Below are positions 38,169-45,389 of a DNA stretch of 45,389 nt, piece after piece. The translations under genes and the position numbers were made by a program. The stretch's first letter is position 1. Each line of letters begins with the position of its first letter. Origin of the DNA: Aquificales bacterium (GTDB lineage: Bacteria > Aquificota > Aquificia > Aquificales > QOAS01); assembly GCA_027035985.1 (NCBI GenBank), contig JALVTI010000046.1, positions 1 to 45,389 on the forward strand, read 5' to 3'. Below the pieces are notes generated by a model, which worked only from the letters and a program-made list of their open reading frames with translations, did not search any database and had not been told where the DNA came from.

Positions 38169-39114
38169 TTAACAACCTCTCCCCCAAAGTATAAAGTAAG
38201 CTATATTTCTCAGGAAAAACATCTATTGAAACTATTCCAAATATAGGTAATTTTTCCAAAAAGTACTCCATAAGATGTTCATACTCGGTGACTACACCAG
38301 CGAGGTATATATTACTTAAGTCATTTAAAACTATATAATTACGGATATCCCAAATGATTAAATTCAAAACATCTTCTGCCATTTTATCTGGTGAAAATAC
38401 ATAAGAAAATTCTTCATAAAGAATCCTATCCTTTTGATAAGCAAGTACTAAGATTTTATTTACATCGGTATAAAGAATAGTAAAAGGTATAGGTAAACCT
38501 TTTAGAAGCCCTAAATTTATTAAACAAATAGGTTCATAGCTAATAATATCCAAACGGATACCTATATTTTCAGCCCAATTTTCTAATTTTTGAATTATTT
38601 CACTTTCAACTATAGTAATCAAAACCCTATAAGGCTCTTCTTTTTCAGTTTTTAAAAAATCATAAGCGTAAACAACCTCTTTCCCAGGGAAATTTTCGTT
38701 TATATCCTCTTCTATATATAGTTCTATAGTGTGTATTAATTCCGCTCTACTAACATTTTTAGCTAAGCTATATATTTTCAAAAACCCATAGCGTGTTGGT
38801 ATATAGGTTCCAAATTTAAATTTATTTAAAGGAATTTCTAAGCTTTCCTTAATATTTTCTATTTCTTCCTTTAAATCTTCTAAGACAACATCTATAGACG
38901 TCTCCTCGGGATAAACTTTTTCGAAGGGTTTAACTATAGGTTTATATTTTTTATTAAACGCAATTCCTCTATAGAAAAGGTTATCCACAGCAAAAGGAAA
39001 CACTTGCTTAGTACGCCCCCCTAAAAGGAAAGGTTTGAATCCCTTTGAGGCTGGTATTAATGTATATCTATCTTCCGAGGGATGAACCATCGGTAGTTTG
39101 TCTATTAGTCTCAT
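38161..39114 (-). CDS. PilM-like (actin-fold) protein, N-terminally degenerate
   Basis: 317 aa. The C-terminal two thirds resemble PilM (ENIGIRLDIISYEPICLINLGLL; ILYTDVNKILVLAYQKDRILYEEF; IYLAGVVTEYEHLMEYFLEKLP). No DxGxxxxK phosphate-1 motif is visible at the N-terminus. Confidence 0.5.
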   Translation of the reverse strand: MRLIDKLPMVHPSEDRYTLIPASKGFKPFLLGGRTKQVFPFAVDNLFYRGIAFNKKYKPIVKPFEKVYPEETSIDVVLEDLKEEIENIKESLEIPLNKFKFGTYIPTRYGFLKIYSLAKNVSRAELIHTIELYIEEDINENFPGKEVVYAYDFLKTEKEEPYRVLITIVESEIIQKLENWAENIGIRLDIISYEPICLINLGLLKGLPIPFTILYTDVNKILVLAYQKDRILYEEFSYVFSPDKMAEDVLNLIIWDIRNYIVLNDLSNIYLAGVVTEYEHLMEYFLEKLPIFGIVSIDVFPEKYSLLYTLGERLLNV

Positions 39115-39129
39115 ACCGCCGTATTCAAA

Positions 39130-39636
39130 TTATATTATTCCAATTTTGGAAAGGATTTTTTGCACTGTTTGTTCTACAGACTGTTGACTTTCAACTTTTA
39201 TATCTGCTTGAGCATATACCTTCTTTCGAACTCCAAATAGTTTTTTTAACTCCTCTTTTGGCTTGCTTAAAAGAGGTCTATTTCCATTCTTAGCAGTTCT
39301 TTTTAAAAAGGTCTCAAAGGGGATATCCAACCATACAACTATCCCGTGCCGTTTCATGAATTCCATAGCTTGGGGGTTGGCTCCCAATCCCCCGCCGGTT
39401 GCCATAACGAAGGAGGGAAGGGATAGGGTAACATCTTTTAAAACCTCCAATTCGAGGTTTCGGAAATAAGGCTCACCTTTTAGGGAAAAAATCTGAGGAA
39501 TAGATAAACCTTCCCGGATTTCAATTTCCTCGTCTATATCCACAAAGGGAACCCTCAATTTCTTAGCCAACAGTCTACCTACGGTGGACTTTCCGCTTCC
39601 CATAAACCCGACAAGGAAAATCTTTTTCCTTTCCAT
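39130..39636 (-). CDS. aroK: Shikimate kinase
   Basis: KIFLVGFMGSGKSTVGRLLAKKL (P-loop)...DIDEEIE...ATGGG. Confidence 0.9.
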   Translation of the reverse strand: MERKKIFLVGFMGSGKSTVGRLLAKKLRVPFVDIDEEIEIREGLSIPQIFSLKGEPYFRNLELEVLKDVTLSLPSFVMATGGGLGANPQAMEFMKRHGIVVWLDIPFETFLKRTAKNGNRPLLSKPKEELKKLFGVRKKVYAQADIKVESQQSVEQTVQKILSKIGII

Positions 39637-39663
39637 TACGGGGACTAAATTTATTTAATTGCC

Positions 39664-39939
39664 ATGACCGACAAGAGGGAAGAGCTGAAACTCCAATCTT
39701 TAGAGGAGGAGGTAGAGGAACTAAAGAAACGCTTCGGTCACATTTTCCAGTTGTGTATTCCTCCTAAAGAGGTTTTGGATGAAATTAAGAAAGATTTTAT
39801 AACCGCCCAGGTTAGCATTCTAAAAATTTTTAAAACCCTGCTCGACTACCAGATAGAAACTTTGGAAAAATTGGCATCCGAAGGGGATAAGGAGAATAAA
39901 GAAACCAAAAAGAGGGTAAAAAAAATAAAGGTTGAATAA
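39664..39939 (+). CDS. Hypothetical small helical/coiled-coil protein
   Basis: 91 aa, E/K-rich, with a basic tail KKRVKKIKVE. No family recognised. Divergent from aroK. Confidence 0.4.
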   Translation: MTDKREELKLQSLEEEVEELKKRFGHIFQLCIPPKEVLDEIKKDFITAQVSILKIFKTLLDYQIETLEKLASEGDKENKETKKRVKKIKVE

Positions 39940-39941
39940 CC

Positions 39942-40910
39942 TTAAAGGGAACTTTTCGCACTTTCCGTTGTAAAGCGTTCTATCAGTTCCCGCAAACGGT
40001 TTACGAATTCCTCACAACCCTTTACGGTCATCAAATAGGATTTAATTTCCCTCGATTGGGAAAATCCTTTCAATAACTGCACCAAAAGTGAGCGGATTTC
40101 AAAACAAGCTTTTTCCCTCGAGGGGTAATACTCGAACATCCACTCGAGAAGGAGAAGTATGGTTTCCAGCCGCCATTTAAGGGGTATCTCTATATCCCTC
40201 TTCTCGCGGTATTCGGTAAAAATCCAGGGGTTTGAAAGCGCAGCCCTTCCGACCATAACGGCGTCGCATTCCGTTTCTTCAAACATTCGGTCTATATCCC
40301 GCCAGTTTTTTACATCTCCGCTACCTATAACCGGCACGGGAGAAATTCTTTTTAAATCGGCGATACGTTTCCAGTCAGCTCTCCCGGCGTATCCTTGGGC
40401 TCCCAAGCGTGGGTGGAGGGTAATAGCCGAAACCCCTCCTTCTATAAGGGCTTCCGCAATTTTTTCGAGGTTGTCCTCGTGCAATCCCAAGCGGATTTTT
40501 GCGGTGACGGGTATCCTATAGGGTTTTAGGGCTTCCACCGTCATTTTTACGATTTCTTTTATTACCGGAGGATTTTCAAGGAGTTTGCCCGCCGCTCCCG
40601 TTTTAAGCACTTTGGGAACTGAACATCCGAAATTTATATCTATAGCATCCGGTTTTAATTCTTGAGCAACCTTAACCGCCGCTCGGGATATCTCGTATGG
40701 ATTTCGTCCAAAAAGTTGGATGTGGATGGGCCTCTCCAAAGGGGTAAAGTAGGCGTATTTTTTGGGGATACCCCTGTGAATAATACCGGGGGCGCTTATT
40801 AATTCGGTGTAGGTGCGGTCGGCTCCGAGTTGGCGAGCGAGACGGCGAAATGCCGAATGGGTATAACCCGCCATGGGGGCGAGAATAACTTCTCCCCTTT
40901 TAACTACCAT
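39942..40910 (-). CDS. dus: tRNA-dihydrouridine synthase
   Basis: VILAPMAGYTHSAFRRLARQLGAD...IDINFGCSVPKV...GAAG-like...VTAKIRLG...ITLHPR. Confidence 0.9.
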   Translation of the reverse strand: MVVKRGEVILAPMAGYTHSAFRRLARQLGADRTYTELISAPGIIHRGIPKKYAYFTPLERPIHIQLFGRNPYEISRAAVKVAQELKPDAIDINFGCSVPKVLKTGAAGKLLENPPVIKEIVKMTVEALKPYRIPVTAKIRLGLHEDNLEKIAEALIEGGVSAITLHPRLGAQGYAGRADWKRIADLKRISPVPVIGSGDVKNWRDIDRMFEETECDAVMVGRAALSNPWIFTEYREKRDIEIPLKWRLETILLLLEWMFEYYPSREKACFEIRSLLVQLLKGFSQSREIKSYLMTVKGCEEFVNRLRELIERFTTESAKSSL

Positions 40911-40992
40911 CGGATATTTCCTCTATAAAAGTAGTTCCGTCTGTGGGATTTTCCATAAATTTCGGAACCTCGATAGGGGTAATTTTTCCCTT

Positions 40993-41484
40993 ATGGAAAC
41001 CAAAAGGGTTGTGGATGTAGGCGATGAGGTTCCCAACTTCTGTTTGAAGGGTATCGACGAACATGGTGAGGAAAGGGAATTTTGCTTCAACCAATTTAGG
41101 GATAAAAAGGTAATTCTTTATTTTTACCCCAAAGATAATACTCCCGGTTGCACCACCGAAGCGTGCGATTTTAGGGATAATCTGAACCGGTTTAAGGAAT
41201 TCGGTATAACGGTAATCGGCGTTTCTCCCGATAGCGTAAAATCCCACAAGAGATTTAGGGAAAAATACAGTTTGAATTTCATACTTCTCAGCGACCCCGA
41301 TAAAAAGGTTGCGGAAATGTTTGGTGCCTATGGTGAAAAAAAGAGTTATGGGAGGATAACCAAAGGTATTATTAGAAGCACCTTTTACATCGAAAACGGA
41401 AAGGTTGTTAAAACCTGGCGCAATGTCCGGGCTAAGGGACACGTAGAAAGGGTTTTAAAGGAATTGGGTTTAATTGAAAAATAA
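40993..41484 (+). CDS. bcp: Peroxiredoxin Bcp (thiol peroxidase)
   Basis: VGDEVPNFCLKGIDE...KKVILYFYPKDNTPGCTTEACDFRD...GVSPDSVKSHKRFREKYSLNFILLSDPD. The start is reset to ATG 40993; the track ORF starts 40 codons earlier, inside dus. Confidence 0.9.
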   Translation: METKRVVDVGDEVPNFCLKGIDEHGEEREFCFNQFRDKKVILYFYPKDNTPGCTTEACDFRDNLNRFKEFGITVIGVSPDSVKSHKRFREKYSLNFILLSDPDKKVAEMFGAYGEKKSYGRITKGIIRSTFYIENGKVVKTWRNVRAKGHVERVLKELGLIEK

Positions 41485-41487
41485 AAC

Positions 41488-41504
41488 CCCGCGCTCCGCG
41501 CGGG
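41488..41504 (+). terminator. GC hairpin after bcp (weak terminator candidate)
   Basis: CCCGCG-CTCCG-CGCGGG lies 3 nt after the bcp stop. The T-tract is poor on the plus strand (CTATCCTTTAT) and better on the minus strand (GTTTTATTTTT). Confidence 0.35.
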
Positions 41505-41522
41505 CTATCCTTTATAGGAAGG

Positions 41523-42194
41523 ATGAAAGAAACACCTCTGGGAGTTCGCATATTTGACAAGATAGCGGATAAGTACGAATTCACCGCGAAATTTCTCTCC
41601 TTTGGAATAATGCCCTATTGGCTTTCCCGTTTGGTGGAGGGAATAACGCCCAAAAAAGAGGGGATTGTTTTGGATTTGGCGTGCGGAACCGGAATCCTTT
41701 TCCCCAAGTTGTTGGAAAGGTTCGACCGCGTAGTGGGGTTAGATTACTCCCTTCCCATGCTGAAGGTGGCGAAGAAAAAGAAATTGCTGAAAACCTCCCT
41801 CGTTAGGGGGGATGCCTTAAGACTACCGTTTAAGGGTGATAGTTTCAATACTGTGGTGGTCTCCTTGGGGCTAAGACATTTCCCCGATAGGGAGCAGTCC
41901 CTGAGGGAAATCCATCGGGTGTTAAAGGTTGGAGGAGAACTACATATATTGGAGGTGGGAATACCAGAAAATCCACTTTTAGGAAAGCTGTTTCTCACCT
42001 TCCTTAAAAAGGTGGTTCTACCGCTGGGAAGGCTCCGTGCGAAGGAGGATGTTTACGAACACCTGTTCGGTTCTATTGTCGACTTTCCCCACGGCGGGAA
42101 GATGATTGAGCTCTTAACCTCCGTAGGGTTTTCAAAGGCTTCCTATAACCCCGTGATGGGGGGGATAGTATACATTTACCGCGCGAGGAAATGA
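41523..42194 (+). CDS. ubiE: Demethylmenaquinone/ubiquinone methyltransferase (UbiE/MenG family)
   Basis: FDKIADKYEFTAKFLSFGIMPYW...VLDLACGTG (SAM motif I)...LPFKGDSFNTVVVSLGLRHFPD...VLKVGGELHILE. Confidence 0.75.
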   Translation: MKETPLGVRIFDKIADKYEFTAKFLSFGIMPYWLSRLVEGITPKKEGIVLDLACGTGILFPKLLERFDRVVGLDYSLPMLKVAKKKKLLKTSLVRGDALRLPFKGDSFNTVVVSLGLRHFPDREQSLREIHRVLKVGGELHILEVGIPENPLLGKLFLTFLKKVVLPLGRLRAKEDVYEHLFGSIVDFPHGGKMIELLTSVGFSKASYNPVMGGIVYIYRARK

Positions 42195-42211
42195 ATTTAA
42201 AATAGCCTCCG

Positions 42212-42511
42212 ATGCCGTATAGGAAGGATGAAACGGTTCTTTTGAGAATTTTCACCCGGGAGAGTCGGATGGAGGGTAATCTGGATAAACTCGTCGAACT
42301 CGGTTTCGATGGCTTTACCGTTTTGCGGGGTATAGCGGGTTACGGAACCGACGGAGTGGCGGCGGCGGCGGATATAACAATAGAGACTCTGGATTTACCG
42401 GTGGTTATAGAGATTTTTACCACTTACGGGAAATTCAGGGAAAAAAAAGACCAACTGAGGGCTATAACAAAAGGATTGATAACCCTCGAAAGGGCTACCT
42501 TAGACCCTTAG
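42212..42511 (+). CDS. DUF190 (UPF0166, PII-like fold) protein
   Basis: LLRIFTRES...GFDGFTVLRGIAGYG......LDLPVVIEIFTT......GLITLERATL matches the DUF190 pattern, with a short deletion after the first strand. Confidence 0.6.
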   Translation: MPYRKDETVLLRIFTRESRMEGNLDKLVELGFDGFTVLRGIAGYGTDGVAAAADITIETLDLPVVIEIFTTYGKFREKKDQLRAITKGLITLERATLDP

Positions 42512-43030
42512 GTTAAACCTCTCCGCGAACTGATTAATTCTCCTTACCACCTCTTCGGCGTAGTGTTTTAACTCCCTTAGATGTATCTCTATTTTTCTCC
42601 TAACCTTGTCGATTTCTTTCTCCAATTCCTCGTATTGGTCGGAAACCTCGTATTCCTCCGCCTTTAGGTCGTTATACTTTCTTCTGAGTTCCTCGAGCTG
42701 TTCCATAACTTTGTTCAACCTTTCGAGGAGTCTTTTCCTATCTTCGGCGAGCCTTTCGTATTCGCGGGGGCTGTCAGCCTGCTGCATAGCCAATTTGTTT
42801 TTGCTCAGTTTGTGCCTTAGCTCGTTGTATTCGTGTTCGAGTTCCTTCAGTTGTCGGGAAATCTCGAGTATTTCCCTCTCAATGGTATTTAACTTTTGCT
42901 CCACTTCCTTCTTCTTTTGGGTTAACTCCTCGTATTTTTCCACCAATTGGCGGAGTTCCTTTTCGACATGTTCGAAATGGCGTGCCTCTTTATCGACACT
43001 TTCGACTATTTTTTCAAAAAGGTCTCTCAT
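42500..43030 (-). CDS. Hypothetical coiled-coil protein
   Basis: 176 aa of almost continuous heptad-like E/K/L/R sequence. It has no Cys and no recognisable domain. Confidence 0.45.
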   Translation of the reverse strand: MRDLFEKIVESVDKEARHFEHVEKELRQLVEKYEELTQKKKEVEQKLNTIEREILEISRQLKELEHEYNELRHKLSKNKLAMQQADSPREYERLAEDRKRLLERLNKVMEQLEELRRKYNDLKAEEYEVSDQYEELEKEIDKVRRKIEIHLRELKHYAEEVVRRINQFAERFNLRV

Positions 43031-43195
43031 TTCCTTTCCTCCTTTAGTCCGATTTGCTAAAGAAAATTAATAAGCAATTTGGAATAGGCAATGTTTTTTC
43101 AAAAGATACCGACTTAAAACCCCTAATCTAGAGAAAGCGAGAAATAATCACTTTGTGAAAACTAAAAAGAGGTATTAAAAGAAAGAGAGAAGCAA

Positions 43196-44602
43196 TTAAA
43201 TATCGAAGTAGAGTTCGAATTCCAAGGGGTGGGGGGTAAATCTGAGAGCGTCGATTTCCGCTTTCTTGCTCTCAATCCACATTTCGAGTAGGTCTTCGGT
43301 AAAGACTCCACCTTTGAGCAGGAATTCGTGGTCCTCTTCGAGGGCTTTAATAGCCTCTTCGAGGGAACCGGGAAGGGTGGGTATATCGGCTAGCTCTTCG
43401 GGAGGTAGGGAGTAGATATCCTTGTCGAAGGGTTCGCCGGGGTCGATTCTATTCTCGATACCGTCGATAGCCGCCATGAGTATTGCGGCAAACGCCAGAT
43501 AGGGGTTGGATGTAGCGTCGGGGAACCTAATCTCAATCCTCTTGGCTTTGGGGTTTTGGGAATACATGGGTATCCTGATTGCGGCAGACCTGTTTCTCGC
43601 GGAGTAGGCGAGCCTTACGGGAGCCTCGAAACCGGGAACCAACCTGTGGTAGGAGTTTATGGTGGGGTTGGTGAATGCGGCGATAGTTCTACCGTGCTTA
43701 ATTATACCGCCTATAGCCCAAAGGGCGATTTCGGAGAGTCCGGCGTATCCGTTCCCGGCAAAGAGGTTTTCTCCGTTCTTCCAGATGGAGAAGTGGGTAT
43801 GCATACCGCTACCGTTGTCGTTGGGGAGAACCTTAGCCATGAAGGTAGCGTATTTTCCGTGTCTGGCGGCTACGTTTCTAACAACGTATTTGTATTTGAA
43901 GAGTTTATCCGCTTGGCTTAGAAGGCTGTCATACCTGATGTCGATTTCCGCCTGTCCGGCGGTTGCAACCTCGTGGTGGTGGAGCTCAACGGTGATGCCG
44001 AGCTGTTCGAGAATTTCGACCATTTCGTTGCGGAGTTCCATGGTCTTGTCCAGCGGGGGTGCGGGGAAGTATCCGCGTTTGTGGGGTATCTTGTAACCGG
44101 TTCCGTCAACGCCTCTATTCCACCAGCCCTCTTCGCTGTCGACCCTCCAATAGGCGTAGTTGGATCCTACTTCGAAAGCCACGCTGTCGAAAATGAAGAA
44201 TTCGGCTTCGGGTCCAAAGTAGGCGGTATCGCCGATTCCGCTCTCCTTGAGATACTGCTCGGCTTTTTGGGCTATATACCTGGTATCCCTCTTATACCTC
44301 TCCCCGGTTACGGGGTCGTAGATATCGCATATGAGAACTGCGGTGTCGGGTATAAACGGGTCTACAAAGAAGGTGTTAGGGTCGGGTTTTGCGAGCATAT
44401 CCGATTCGTTAATCGACTGCCATCCCCTTATGGAGGAACCGTCGAAACCCCTACCCTCTTCAAAGGTGTCGAGGGTGAGCTCTTCGGCGGGAATGGTTAG
44501 GTGTTGCCACTGACCGAAGGGGTCGGAAAATCTGAGGTCTACGAATTTAATGCCGAGGTCTTTAATTTGTGCCAAGACCTCTTCGGGTGTATATTTGGGC
44601 AT
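43196..44602 (-). CDS. glnA: Glutamine synthetase type I
   Basis: VDLRFSDPFGQWQH...FDGSSI.GW...FGPEAEFF...HHEVA.AGQAEI...MAKV...GSGMHTH.S...SYHRLVPG.EAP...SARNRSAAIRIP. Confidence 0.95.
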   Translation of the reverse strand: MPKYTPEEVLAQIKDLGIKFVDLRFSDPFGQWQHLTIPAEELTLDTFEEGRGFDGSSIRGWQSINESDMLAKPDPNTFFVDPFIPDTAVLICDIYDPVTGERYKRDTRYIAQKAEQYLKESGIGDTAYFGPEAEFFIFDSVAFEVGSNYAYWRVDSEEGWWNRGVDGTGYKIPHKRGYFPAPPLDKTMELRNEMVEILEQLGITVELHHHEVATAGQAEIDIRYDSLLSQADKLFKYKYVVRNVAARHGKYATFMAKVLPNDNGSGMHTHFSIWKNGENLFAGNGYAGLSEIALWAIGGIIKHGRTIAAFTNPTINSYHRLVPGFEAPVRLAYSARNRSAAIRIPMYSQNPKAKRIEIRFPDATSNPYLAFAAILMAAIDGIENRIDPGEPFDKDIYSLPPEELADIPTLPGSLEEAIKALEEDHEFLLKGGVFTEDLLEMWIESKKAEIDALRFTPHPLEFELYFDI

Positions 44603-44701
44603 GCTTTACCTCCCAAGAAGGTTTGGTTTCTAAACTATATCATACCCCCCTGCGGGAAGGGTTCGAGGAAAGACGGGAAAAGGTTTACAAAAATGTAAAC
44701 A

Positions 44702-45280
44702 TTAAAGGGTTAAATCGTTGTAAACAACTTTAACAGCACCTTCGGAGAGCATTCTCTCCTCCGCCCTCCTTTCCCCTTCAGGGGTTATCCCCTTTGAGGC
44801 GTCGGATAGCCAAAAGACTTGAAATCCCAAATTCAATCCGCCCAGTACGGTGTTTAAAACGCAGTAATCGGTAGCCAAACCGCCGACAAAAATTCTCTTT
44901 ACCCCCCGCTCTCTCAGGAGGTCTTCGAGCAGTGTCCCCTGAAAGCCGCTGTAGGCGTCGAATTCGGGACGGTCACCCTTATTGATAATGAAGACTTCGG
45001 GTGGAAGCTTTAACCCTTCGGCGAATTTTGCACCCTCTGTATTTTGAACGCAGTGGGGAGGCCAAAGCCCGCCCTGTTCCTTAAAGGACATGTGGTTGGG
45101 TGGATGCCAATCGCGGGTTGCGAATATGGGCGCTCCTGCCTTTTGAAAGAGCTCTATATACCTGTTGGCGGGTTCTATAACCTTATCCCCTTCGGGGACG
45201 GGCAGAGCTCCCCCCGGTAGGAAATCCTTTTGGATATCGACCAACACAAGGGCATCCTTTGGGGTGATTTTTACCCTCAT
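44702..45280 (-). CDS. pncA: Nicotinamidase/pyrazinamidase (isochorismatase family)
   Basis: ALVLVDIQKDFLPGGALPV...ATRDWHPPNHMSF...WPPHCVQNTEGA...GLATDYCV is the catalytic D-K-C triad context. Confidence 0.85.
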   Translation of the reverse strand: MRVKITPKDALVLVDIQKDFLPGGALPVPEGDKVIEPANRYIELFQKAGAPIFATRDWHPPNHMSFKEQGGLWPPHCVQNTEGAKFAEGLKLPPEVFIINKGDRPEFDAYSGFQGTLLEDLLRERGVKRIFVGGLATDYCVLNTVLGGLNLGFQVFWLSDASKGITPEGERRAEERMLSEGAVKVVYNDLTL

Positions 45281-45389
45281 AGGTTTGAATTTTGGTTTAC
45301 CCCGCCTAAGGGGTTGTGATTTAATCTCTCCTTCCGATGGAGTTTTTAATTCCCGACCAAACGGAGGACAAGAAATTAATCGCCCAGCT

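Noticed and set aside
42358-42371. (GGC)4 microsatellite.
   Set aside because: It lies in frame inside the DUF190 gene and encodes AAAA. It is too short to be a meaningful contingency locus.
45337-45389. Possible start of a plus-strand CDS (MEFLIPDQTEDKKLIAQ...) running off the window end.
   Set aside because: Only 17 codons are visible, with no SD and no recognisable motif. It cannot be supported.

Overview
This is a 45.4 kb chromosomal window from a bacterium whose proteins look thermophile-like (rich in K, E and I). Many genes have a strong GGAGGTGA-type Shine-Dalgarno site, and several use TTG or GTG starts. I cannot assign a taxon from the sequence alone. Coding density is very high, with about 53 CDS on both strands. 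I found no rRNA, tRNA, CRISPR array, transposase or integrase. Most genes are housekeeping: three ribosomal-protein clusters (rplM-rpsI; rpsF-ssb-rpsR-rplI; rpmJ-rpsM-rpsK-rpsD-rpoA-rplQ), proS, pgk, glnA, ispG, metF, fabD, corA, panD, tsaD, aroK, dus, bcp, a ubiE-like gene and pncA. There is also a TolC/MFP/RND efflux operon. The items worth a second look are: (1) The valS gene stops exactly before the second half of the catalytic core and is followed by a strong intrinsic terminator. It also carries a roughly 170-aa extra segment between its two zinc-knuckle Cys pairs. This makes it a candidate split ValRS. (2) The SAM synthetase is of the archaeal class. (3) Two markedly low-GC blocks sit inside sequence of about 45-55% GC. 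One (about 12.5-19.0 kb) holds a degenerate EAL+HDOD protein, YqhA, a CgeB-like glycosyltransferase, a split transketolase, an orphan membrane protein and trmI. The other (34.3-39.1 kb) holds a very divergent PilM/N/O-like plus secretin cluster wedged between aroK and tsaD. (4) An isolated PIN-domain gene is paired with an unrecognisable 104-aa partner and has an inverted-repeat operator candidate. (5) Several small RNA or operator-like structures occur, including an rpsF leader with a tandem 10-nt repeat that can form alternative hairpins, and tandem hairpins upstream of valS. All calls come from reading the translated ORFs and the DNA by eye. No database search was possible.
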